From Lingula anatina (lineage: Eukaryota; Animalia; Brachiopoda): 64,000 nt of DNA. The notes below the pieces were generated by a model that was not told the DNA's origin, did no database searches, and was given only the letters and a program-made list of their open reading frames with translations. The DNA is taken from NCBI GenBank assembly GCA_051362555.1, contig CM120640.1:20832001-20896000 (forward strand), read 5' to 3'. Both the position numbers and the translations under genes were made by a program. Position 1 is the first letter of the stretch. Every line of letters starts with the position of its first letter. Of this stretch, positions 50,574 through 61,625 are shown piece after piece.

Positions 50574-50758
50574 GAGCCCATTCAGAGCAGCGGACTAACA
50601 GATCCGCAGATTAAATATGGCGACTCACTAAAAAGCTTGATGCTTAATTCCCGATTAGACACTGATTAGATTCCTCGTGAATATTACGCTAATAGCATTC
50701 AAGTGGGTCGGCCATATTTGACCCGCGGATCTTTATGTCTGATGTTCTGAATGCACTC
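50574..50758. mobile_element. PIF/Harbinger-type MITE in the CSK 5'UTR intron
   Basis: Imperfect TIRs of about 55 bp (gagcccattcagagcagcggactaacagatccgc... versus the reverse complement gagtgcattcagaacatcagacataaagatccgc...), flanked by TTA at 50571-50573 and 50759-50761. Confidence 0.7.
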
Positions 50759-53008
50759 TTATATATTACACAGACTGCTACGAAAACAAAGCTCTCTTTT
50801 AAATTTGAGAATTTCAATGCATTTTGTCTCAGGTCTTTTCCATACTTTTTAACCTCAGAACAATATGAAGTGTTTCATTTTTTGTTGTTTCTGATTTAAT
50901 GTCACTCCTCTTTTAAACATCACAAACAACTAAAGCCCTTGCATGACTAAATCAATATAATACTACTTTATCCTTCAAATGTAAATAGTTTTCATACCAT
51001 TGCATAACCTAAATTTTATTCTTCAATATACTAGTATATACTTTAACGTACCAGCTCTTTCAGTCACAGCTACCTTTCTTATACAGACAATTTTCTTTAA
51101 AAACTGGACATGTTCTTTAAAAAAAACAAAATCTTGTGCTAAAATAGGACCCCCTCCCCCCTTGAAAAAAGTGTTTGGGCTTTGATGCAATGTCCTGTAG
51201 TGGCTATACCTAACCAAATGGCCTGAAACAATTGCCTCAACAAACTGGTACACAGCCACATCTATTCTTGTAATAGTAATCATATTTGACTATTTACTGA
51301 TATCCAAGCAGCTAACAGGTCTTACCTTAAGACAGATGTCCAAACTTGCAGATTATACTATATAGGTCCTTGGAATCATCCGATGGATAACTGGCATAAG
51401 TGTCACTTCCATTCAAATGGGCCTAACACAATACGAGATGCCCAGATAAAAAAGGAGCATATTTTAATTTTGATATCAAACTCTTCATCCCTCATAATAT
51501 TATTTATCTTCAAGAGCTTTGAAAGTCTAACATTCTGGGGTCATGGGACCTTCTAGCCATGCCACTGGGATCCAATGCCTTGATAATATTGTGGTCAGTC
51601 AAGTTCTGTCCAGTTCTGTCAGACAGACTTCCTCTGGTATATTGAGCAAAATCAGAAAGCCTGTTAACACAACTCGTATGCAGTTCAGTTTAATGACCGA
51701 CCCACATGGGCTGATGGTAGAACCATCTCCATTGGATACTGACCTTAAAATTTTGGTCTACTTTTAACCTGGTTTGAATTTCCTTTGTGTGATATATGGT
51801 AAGCTCTCCATTTTAGTCAGGATCAAAATTACTGTAATCTAGTATCCCTGATAAAGTTAAGTCCAGATATTAAATATGCAAAATCACCCCGCTATTTTAT
51901 CTAGGTCTTTATAAAATGCACTAAAGCATATGACAATTGATTTGCACAAAGTGTTAAACTGACATACTGAATAGTTTGATCTCTTGATTGTGCATCTATA
52001 TTTAGATTGACTTTATGAGATAAGACTTTACTTCCTCCTCCTGTCATGTTTGCATGTGGCTATTTTTTAAACTGTGACTTGGTTCTTATGTGATTTTTAC
52101 ACAGCTCTTAAAACTAAGTATCAAAACCAAATGAAAGATGCTTCTGAAATAAGCACATGACATACTGTACCATCCAAACCCAAGCAACATGGGATATTTT
52201 GGACAAGAACTCATAAAATTAAGATTAAGTTAGTATAGTTCCAAAACATAATCCATGACCTATACCCTGTGATTAGTGACCTATATATATCTTTACCTGA
52301 TATTGTTACAAATGCTCACCAGTGGCAAAGAGAAACTAATGAACCTTATTTTCGCAAGAGAACTGGAACAAAATATATATTTTTGCATTTTGGATTTCTC
52401 TTGCTAGACCTGGCAATTACTGGTAATGGTTTTGGTAGACTACATTATATGAACTATGACTCACACAGACCATGCAGTAATGACCACAAGGGCATCACAT
52501 AAAAATACCAGGTAAATCTGTAGAATATTAAAGTCTTCTACTGTCCTATTTGAAAACTGTACTGACAGTGACTGAGGTCCGTGACTATTAGCACTCCTAA
52601 TTTAATTTAAAAAATAAATAAATTAATTTCAATTATGTTATTAAATTAGACAAAATCTATACAGTACCCTTGAGTCTTTGCATGTAAATTACTGTACATA
52701 TGATATTTGATAAAGACAGCAATTTTCGGAGTTAGTGCCGGTCTAGTACCCGTATTTCAAAAGTTGGCTAGGTAAAGCAATACTTCAAAATACATGAGAG
52801 ACGTATGGTCGTTTATTAATTCATTTATTTGCTTTGGTTGCTCATGTATTTCAAGGCAAGTGGTTATACCCAGCTCCGGGGAACTAGGAAGTTATAATCC
52901 AAACTTGTCACCATGTTCGCGTCACACAAGGGTACTTATTTGATGGCTATTTGTAAGTCAGATAAAAACGCAAAAGACAATGACCGATTCCTGGTGGAAG
53001 CATCTTAC

Positions 53009-53325
53009 CTTTGGCCGTTTCCCCACCGAGTTCTATCTGCAAATTTAACTTTCAAACTGTAACTTTTAATGGGATTAGAGGAACCTGAAGCCTAAGTGCA
53101 TGCCGGAAGCTCTGTCGCAGCCATGTTGTAATGAGGTCAGAGGTAACAATGGTGGTTCCAACATTTGCTTTTCCACCCTCCTCTCTATTTTGCTGTTCCC
53201 CTCGCACCCCTTGCAATTTCGCGTTGTCTTCGAACGATGCGGTAGATGTACTCTGGATGTAACCCCAGTATAGACAATAAAACTCGATCTGCTAGACAAA
53301 GCTAACTCGAATCGTTGCGCCAAGA
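53009..53325 (-). other. CSK: probable non-coding first exon and promoter of CSK
   Basis: Strong donor AAAG|GTAAGA at 53008 and a CpG-enriched patch, matching the acceptor at about 48355 upstream of the ATG exon. The TSS is not determined. Confidence 0.5.
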
Positions 53326-54401
53326 AACTTTACATTTTGTATGCGGAGCCATTGTTTTTTTTTTTTTTTTCAAAATACTCCTGAAATGCTTTTTTCTCAG
53401 CGTTATGCTAGGCATACATGTACAGTGTCTTCCGAAACAGATCACCTCAACGAGTTATGCTTATCACCAAAATGGTTAATAAGGCCTTTTTACTCTTATT
53501 TCTATAATTATATTGTTATAGGTTTATCTCCATTCCAAAAGGGGAAATCAGGTCCGGGTCCAACTGTCATGTGTCTGCAATGGTTTTGGACACAATGTTC
53601 AATGATTCATACAGTTTGTTTATATACTTCTTCTCTGTAGCTGCAATTATCCCTCCAAATCTTGAGGCAGTGATCCGCCATTGTCTCTCCTTGTGTCAGA
53701 TTGCGCTCTTTCCTTGTTATAACTTGCTTACTCAGTGTCCTTCGCTGTTTGTTCCTCAACCTGAAATATTCATATCCCATTAAAGCATGGTAGATGGTTA
53801 CAGCATTAAATAGATACAATTTAGATTAGTTTAGATACAATATTATAATTCTATGATGTCACCTATCACCTAGTTTGATAATTCTTTCTCATATTTGGGT
53901 CCGATTCTTAATAGCAGACCTCTGTTTTCACTTACATCATTCCCTCTATCCATGCTTTATTCTTTTCATGGCACTTGGCAATAGTTGTTGTCCATCACAG
54001 CCGCCTGTAAGTCAGCTTTAGGGTAGGCATTACTGGTGGCTACAGCAATCTTTGCCGCTGATGTGAAGTGATAGGTAAGATTCCTGAAGCAGGGATGCTA
54101 GTCTTCCGGTTTTTACCGGAATTCCGGTTTTTTGCGTCCAGTTATAAAATTTTCTGGTACTATATTTTGTTCCGGAATTCTCGTTTTTAACGTGGTCGCG
54201 GACTGGACGAACGATGCGTCAGAGGGACGTCGCATTTCAACCATTGCGACAGAGCTGCGTTTCAACACAATATCTAGTCACAACCGTAGCACGTGATTTA
54301 TTTATGGCGCTTGATTGGTTGGAAATGTAGGCTTTAATGTCGGCACCCATGTGGAAAGTTTTGACACCGCGTGCGCGGAATTTTTAACTAAACCAAACTA
54401 A

Positions 54402-56904
54402 ATGGATTTCGCGGAGAGGGGAACAGACGATATTAGAAACATCGACATTACTGTCAAAAATAGATTTAGTTGGAGTTGGCTGGAGGAAAAGGACAATAAT
54501 GACGATTTTTTTTCTACCTATGTTCGGAAGCGAAAGTCCCCCGGAGAAGCTTGGTGTGTATGGTGCAACGACGTGATCCGGTACGGAAGCAGTGGTAAAA
54601 AAGCTCTGAAAAACCATGCTAAAACAACTAAGCATGCCAAAGCACGTAGTTGTGTAAAGGGGGCCCAAAAGTTTCCATCTCTATTTAGTTTCAATGCGGG
54701 CTTAGCCAGCGGTGCTGGTGGTGGCAGTACTAGTACTGCGGGGCCTAGTGGCAGCGAAAGCAGACCTAGCGGTGACAGTGAAATTAACAGACTTCCTTAT
54801 GGAGCAGCTCCTAACGTTAGAGGCACGCAGGCAACGGCAGTCCCCCATGTTCAACCGAACGTAAGTTTCCTTGATGGCAAGTTCCATGCAGAGGCAAGGG
54901 TTACAAGTTTCATTGCAGAACATTCATTGCCTTTATCCATTGCTCCTCACCTGATAGATTTATGCAAAGAAATGTCAACTGATGGCCAAGCTTTGAAAAG
55001 TCTGAAAATGGAAAGGGCATCAGCAACTTATAAATTGAAAGAAGGACTCAGTCTCACCATTCGAAAGCGATTAGTATCTGACATGAAGGCAATTTTTTTT
55101 TCACTTAATCTAGACGAGTGTACAGCTAATAACAATGAAAAGGTGCTCGCTATATTAGTCTCCTATTTTGATCCAGAACTAAAAAAGGCAGTTGTGAAAC
55201 ACTATGCATCAGTCAGAATTACTACTGCTACGGCCGATGTTTTATGTTCTACAGTATTAAACTTACTTCAGGATGATGGCATTCCATTGTCAAATTTCAT
55301 ATCTCTCTTAACTGATTCAGCCAGTACTATGAGGGGGAAAATTGGAGGACTACAGCAAAAGCTAAAAGAAAAAGGGTGTGAACATTTACTTGATATTGAT
55401 GGCGATTTTTGCCATCATATTAATAATATTGTGAGAGAATTTTGTTCCCATTTTGACAGACTTGTAGAAGGACTTTTGGACGATTTATTCTCAGAATTTA
55501 AATACAGTAAGGACTTGGCAGGATGGCTGAGAGACTTGTGCCTAGTACTTGGAGGGTGCGTCATAGGTGGTTGTCAGTGTATGACATCCTTGTTGATGAC
55601 TTTAATATGATTGATGCATTTACAGTTTTTTACTTTTCTCTTCTTCCCAAAGACTCTGTATATATGTATAAAGAACTTATTGAGACCATTCCCAGCAACA
55701 GAGGTGTCACAGATAAGGGGAAGAAAAGTATCCATACTATACAGGATAAATGCAAGAGGAAATACAAGGCTTCAACACCAGAGGGAAAACAGAGAAAACA
55801 AAGAATAGTGACTAAATTGTTTTATATTAGAGATCAAACATTGTTGCACATACATCTGTACATGTCAATCTTGCCCATGTTCAAGTCAATGATTTTGACA
55901 TTTGAGCAGAAGTTGTGCCTTGTGCACAAAATGCATGAAGATATGGTAACCCTTGTAAAAGACTTTCTAGTCTGCTTTTTGAAGCATGAGGAAGTTAAGG
56001 ACTTGTCATCGAAGCGATTGAAACAGTTAGTAATTACTGAAGACATGTACATGAAAATTGATGACATTTTCATAGGTTCAGAGACTTCTGAAAAACTGGA
56101 TTGTATGTCTGTCAAGATAAAGCAGGAGTTCAGACAAAAGACACAGACAGCGTACAAAAGTACAGCCAAGTACATGCTCAAGAAGTTACCCATTTTAAAC
56201 CCTCTTTTAAGAAGACTCTCAGCTGTTGATCCAAGTGCTCAAGGACATTCCCTGACATACAGGCTACTTTTCAAACTGGCTGACCACTTTCCAACAGTTG
56301 TGCCTCACTCTAATCTTGACACTTACAGAATGGAGATTTCAGCACTACAAATAGATAAGCACCTACCAACCATACCAGACAATACTAATGACATGACAAT
56401 TGATCAATGGTGGTCAAAAGTAGGAGACACTGGGAAATACCCAATATTATGGGCTTTGATAAGGGCAGTGTTAAGTATTTCTGTGTCTCCGAATGTAGAG
56501 CAAAGCTTTAGTATCATGAACAATCTGATTACTGCAAAAACAAATTTGTTGGATATTACCACATATTCAGCATACCAAGACATAAAGTATGATCTTGGTG
56601 CAAGGGGCACCTCTACAATGAAATTGTACCACAGAGCTGATGCACAAAAATCACCAGTGGACAATTAAATCACTTTGCTATCATATGCAGACTAGTTACG
56701 GGAGATACAAAAAGAAAATGGACTCTAAAACTAAGGCACGCAAAGAAAAACTAAAAGAATTAGATGCTGTTTCAAAAGATAGACTGACAGTCCATAGCAC
56801 AGCAAAACAAATAAAAAAGTCCATATATGCCAAGGCCAGTGAAAGGAACGTGACAGTACCAGTCAGTGCCTGGCCAGCAGAAGAAATACCTTCTGTCTTG
56901 AATG
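54402..56904 (+). pseudogene. hAT transposase exon with two frameshifts (about 55550 and about 56665)
   Basis: BED-like finger (WCVWC...H....H), DDE motifs FSLNLDECT, LLTDSASTMRG and SPNVEQSFS, plus DGDFCHH, HRWLS and the dimerisation-region DQWWS. Split over ORFs 54402-55610, 55523-56668 and 56640-56933; ends at donor AATG|GTAAGA (56904). Confidence 0.9.
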
Positions 56905-57121
56905 GTAAGAATGTTTGTTTTACATTTTGCTGAATACCTGTAAATAGTGTCATTTAGTTAAGTTCAGAAATTCTAAAGCAGTGAGATAGAAAAATCTAGG
57001 CAGTACACAAAGAGAGAACATGGAGATAACAGCAGGCAGATAATAATGGGAGTTTTACTGACTAGAATCTTGTACTGTTATATATGTTATTGTGTTTCAT
57101 AGATAGCATGTCATCTTTCAG

Positions 57122-57821
57122 AGAATCTCCAAGAGCGACAAAGAGGGATTGATGCAAGTGAGAGACTTCGATGCAATGTCAAGACCAGTGGGATGCTTTT
57201 CCGTGGACGGACACCTGGTGATGGGAATTGTTTTTTTCATGCAGTGGCTGATCAGTGCAGGCGTTTGCGATTGCATCATGGAATAACCCATAAAGAAATC
57301 AGAGCACAGGCTGTTGATTATCTTAGGGTAATGTATTCTAATTTATTTGTAATTGTGTAAATTTATGTAGTTTAATTTATTTCCAATAAAACAGTTTTGA
57401 TGATTTTGAAGTAATCCATTGTTTATTCTGATAATGACCTTAACTTTGTTATTGGTACATCAGAGATTTATTAATGATACAGACAAGGTTGTAGATTGAT
57501 CCAAAACTTATTGTGTTTAAATGTCCTGTTTGATTGTCCTTTTAGGTACACCAAGAGTTTGCTCCCTATGTTGTTGGTGATTATGTTACCTACCTGAGCA
57601 AGATGTCCAAAGATGGAGAGTGGGCAGATAATGTGGTGATTGAGGCAACTGCCAAAGTGTTGGGGTGTAAACTACACATAGTGACCAGTTCTGCAGAGGG
57701 GTCAGAAACAGATGTTTTAGAAACTTTGATTAATGAGACTGCAGTTGGAGCCCCATTGTTGCTTGGGCATTACCACGAAAGCCATTACCAATCTTTGAAA
57801 ATGATAAATGAAAGGGATTAA
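57122..57821 (+). CDS. OTU-family cysteine protease (deubiquitinase-like) domain; two exons inside the hAT element
   Basis: Exon 57122-57327 reads ...RTPGDGNCFFHAVADQ...THKEIRAQAVDYLR (Cys codon 57229-57231). Exon 57546-57821 reads VHQEF...YLSKMSKDGEWADNVVIEATAKVLGCKLHIVTS...LLLGHYHESHYQSL (His codon 57783-57785). Both introns are GT-AG and in phase with the transposase C-terminal frame. Confidence 0.88.
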
Positions 57822-58287
57822 CATTTAGTGACTATCATTATCATGCTGGTGATTATCAAGCTTACGTGAGGGATCATTACTGTCTACTATGGGTGGTAGG
57901 TGTTTATGTACTGATGGCACTTCCATCTTGTCAATGTCAAGATTATCCTTGGAAACAACTGTTGAAAATTACCATGAAGTTGTGATGACATATATTGCAA
58001 TATATTTATTAAATAAAATTTGAAATATAGTAATTGTTTCATAATCAATTTGTCCCCCCCCCCCCGGTCTTTGCCAAAAAAAAGTTCAGATTTTCTTTCC
58101 GGACCCCACTAGCATCCCTGCTGAAGTAATCATTTTATCCTGCTCTTGAAGTTGGCTGTCCTGGGGTCCTGAAATCGACAGTTTCAGGCTTTGCCCCCGA
58201 TATATGGGCCTTCTTTGGGTAACCTTATAAAGAAAATAAATAAGTACATTTACTAAGTATAAAAATCTTGCGTGCTACTAAAACAAA

Positions 58288-61200
58288 ATAATAATAATAA
58301 TAATAATTTATTGAGCACTGAAATGTTTTTACATTTAGAGGCTCTCTAACTACTATACATTATACATACGAAAAGATAGTAATGATAGTAAGTAAATGAA
58401 AGAGAGAAAAAAAAAATTATACTTATATAATGTTACACAATATACATTCTCTTAATATGCAGGTGAGATGCATGAAATCATTTGTGCACTTCCAGTTAAT
58501 TACGTTTTTTCATAATTTTACTTACAAAATTCCCTACTGCAATCGCACTCTGCTCAGTGGGTGGGTTTAGAATGATGTCAAGCTGTTTGACCTCGTCTGT
58601 TAGACCTTGCAAGTTTACCTCTGGTATGCATTCAAACAGCAATTTCCTTTCAATTTTGTGATGGGCGCATTTTAGGAAAAAATGTATTTCATCTTCTACC
58701 TCATTACAATGAGGGCATTTTCGTTCTGAAAGTTGTGTTTTTGGGATTGTATGCCGCCCTTTTTCAATTTCTAGGTCATGGTCACTAATTCGCATTTTTG
58801 CCAAAAGTTTTTTGTGGGTGCGTGAAATATTCATTTTTAAGTATGGTTCGGGTTCATATTGATGTTTAATTTTCCTGTATGTCCTCAGCTTATTATTTTC
58901 CTCTCTGTGTAACTCTTCCCAAAAATCTGATTTTATTTTGATGGTTATGTCACTTTCTAGATTTTGGTTATTGTGAATTTTATTGACAGTTAGTGTTGAA
59001 TTTGAGTGATTTAATCCCCAACATGTAGCCAAGTTTGACATTGCCCAAAACCAGTTTTTTTCCCTTTTTGCTTGTTCTCTATTGTATGCTTGCTTAACAA
59101 TTCTTTGCTCTGGAAGGTTATTCAGCCTTTCACTGTATCTTAATACTAATTTAACAATGTCCAAGTATAATGGGAGGCGCCCAAGTTCTGCACGGCAGGC
59201 ATTATTGCTAGCTGACCTTCTCACACCAAGTGCCCATTTACACATCTTTAAATGTATTTGTTCAAAGGGCATTTTGTTTATTTTATTTAATGATATTTTT
59301 TTCTCTGTGAAGATTTCTTGGGCCCAGATTTCACATCCATATAAGAGAATGGGTTTAATCATCTTGTCGAAAAGATTCATGATAAGTATGGGTGATGAAA
59401 TTTCTTGCGATGCTAGTATTCCCTTTAGAGTAAACATGGCTTTCAGGGCTTTTTGCTTGAGATTTTCAATTGAATGTTTTAATGATCCTGTGTTAGTAAA
59501 GACTATCCCGAGGTATGAGTATTGTTTGACTATTTCTATTGGTCTGCTATTTATAAAGAAGGTGTGTGGTTCAATTCTACCAGACTTGTTGAACACTATT
59601 ATTTTTGATTTGTTTTCATTAACTTTTAGTTTCCACTGCTTACAGTAATTTTCAAGGTTGTTAAGAAGAGTTTGAAGTCCTTCTTTCGACTGTGATAGCA
59701 AGACTAGGTCATCTGCATATAAAATGTGTTTTAACCCTTCAACTTCCTTTGCACTATTGTTTGTGTAGAGTTCACTTTTTAAATCATCAATGAAGATGTT
59801 GAATAGGACTGGGCTAAGGTTGTCTCCTTGTCTTATACCTATTTTAGATATGAATGTTTGGGTGTAGCCACAATTAACTGACACGCCTAGTCTTGTGTTG
59901 CTGTACATATACTTTATCAACTTGTAAATTTTGCCTCTGACACCTATTTTCAGTAATTTCAGCATAAGACCCTTATGCCAGACTGTATCAAAAGCTTTTC
60001 GCAGGTCGACGAAACAGGCAAATACACGTTTGTTCTGATTCATATGTTTGTTTATAATTGACTTTAAGGTGAATATATGGTCAGTCGTGCGATAACCAGG
60101 TCTAAACCCTGCTTGTTCCTCACTTAATTTCTCATTGGACTCTAAAAATAGTGTGAGTCTGTTAGTCAATATGCAGTTAAAAAGCTTTCCAAGACAGCTG
60201 GTGATGCAAAGACCTCTGTAATTTGATGGGTCAGTTCGTTCTCCAGATTTATATAGCGGCAGTATTATACCCAGATTCCACACATCAGGAGTTTCAGATG
60301 TGTTCATTGCTAAATTGAATATTTTTGTTATTAGTCCCACTAAGTATATTGAACCACTTTTCAACATTTCATTTCTGATAGAGTCCTCACCAGCCGCTTT
60401 TCCATTTTTCAATTTTTTTATAGCTGTTTTTACCTCTCTAATGCTTATGGGGTTATTAAGGACAGGGTCTCCTTCTTTTTTCTCATATTCACTTATTTCC
60501 TTATCTATTCGGTGATCATCAGTAGGGGGGGTTCCACAAAGTTGTTGGAAGTGTAGTTGCCAAGTCTCAGGACTTATTATGTTGTTATTTTCTTCTCTAT
60601 CCTTTAGTTTTTTAAGTGTCTGCCAGAATTCTTTAGGATTGCTTTTTTCAGATACTAGTAGTCTGTCTAGGATGGCATTTTTGTACTCATTCTTTCTTTG
60701 CTTTACTAGTTGTTTATATTTCTTTGTAGCTAGGTGGTAGGTTTGCGAGATGTAGTTATTGTGTGGATTTTTTTGTAGTAGTTTACCAAGGTGTTTTATA
60801 TTTCTTCTGACTTCAGAACACATGCTGTCAAACCATGGTTGTTTTTTTATTCTTTTTGTTTGTTTATTTGATCTCATGCTTATGTTATTGACTTTTTTAC
60901 GCAAAGACAAGTTTGCAGCATTTTCAATTATATTTGTTAATTCATCACAGGCACTTTTTAATCCTTCTTTAGACGAGGGGAAGTATTTGTTTTGTGCTAG
61001 ACTGATTTGTTTTAAGCTGTCCTCACTTTCAAGAGCTTTTAAAAATTTCTCAGTTGAATCTGTTTCCCAGATGTAACGGTCTTTGAAATTTTGTAATGAT
61101 TGAGTTGGAGATGATTCTTTGATACCGGTGGTGTGAATTGCAAGGTCTAACAGACAGTGATCTGATAAATAATCAATAGGTAATACTGTAAGATACATAA

Positions 61201-61625
61201 TTTTGCTCATCAGTCCATCGTTTGTGATTGCATAATCAACTGTACTGCACCCATGTATATTATAACAAGTTGGATATCCGAGAGAGTTGCCTTTAGTTCT
61301 ACCATTGAGTATCCTTAAGTTACTACTTCTACATAATTCAAGTAAGGCCTTTCCTTGCGAGTTGACTATTGTATCAACATTATTTCTCTTTTGTGAAAAT
61401 CTGTTTGTAGGATAACTATCAGTCATTTGAATTCCAAACATGGTATCATCTTTGATGAAATCAGGTAGTGTCCCCGTTCTTGCATTGAAATCTCCAATTA
61501 AGCAAATTGACCCATATGATTGGTAAGTTGCAATTTCACCTTCAAGTATTTCTAGGGTTTCTTCATCTGAGGGGCCATTGCCCGGTTTAATATAAACTGC
61601 ACATAGGAATAAATCATCCTCTAAA
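58288..61625 (-). mobile_element. 5'-truncated non-LTR retrotransposon (LINE, tentatively RTE-X-like)
   Basis: AATAAA followed by a (TTA)n tail at 58288-58311 on the - strand, a 3'UTR of about 190 bp, and an ORF2 frame open from about 61625 to 58496. No TSD seen. Confidence 0.9.
58496..61625 (-). CDS. LINE ORF2: partial AP endonuclease, reverse transcriptase and C-terminal CCHC-like motif
   Basis: The frame extends upstream of the annotated Met 61441 (LFLCAVYIKP...IGDFNAR). Endonuclease motifs STVDY and SDH; RT motifs NYRGL, QAGFR, DLRKAFD, GIRQGDNLSP, YADD and YLG; C-terminal CPHC..EDEIHFFLKC. No stops over more than 1,000 codons. Confidence 0.92.

Larger units (their letters stand above)
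54090..58120 (+). mobile_element. hAT-superfamily DNA transposon (4,031 bp; 6-bp TSD type) carrying an OTU protease domain
   Basis: 13-bp TIR CAGGGATGCTAGT / ACTAGCATCCCTG; TSD CTGAAG at 54084-54089 and 58121-58126; subterminal CCGG and CCGGAATTC motifs; internal transposase gene. Confidence 0.95.

Noticed and set aside
55540-56670. Programmed frameshifting or small introns as the explanation for the split transposase ORFs
   Set aside because: No convincing slippery site or splice pair. A small deletion near 55550 and a 1- or 4-bp insertion near 56665 explain the breaks more simply; assembly error cannot be excluded.
57101-57121. Upstream acceptor (catag|atagc) for the first OTU exon
   Set aside because: It reaches a TGA after about 15 codons. 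The acceptor at 57121 keeps the OTU frame.
59082-61076. Several + strand ORFs of up to 188 aa
   Set aside because: Antisense to the LINE ORF2, with no recognisable motifs.
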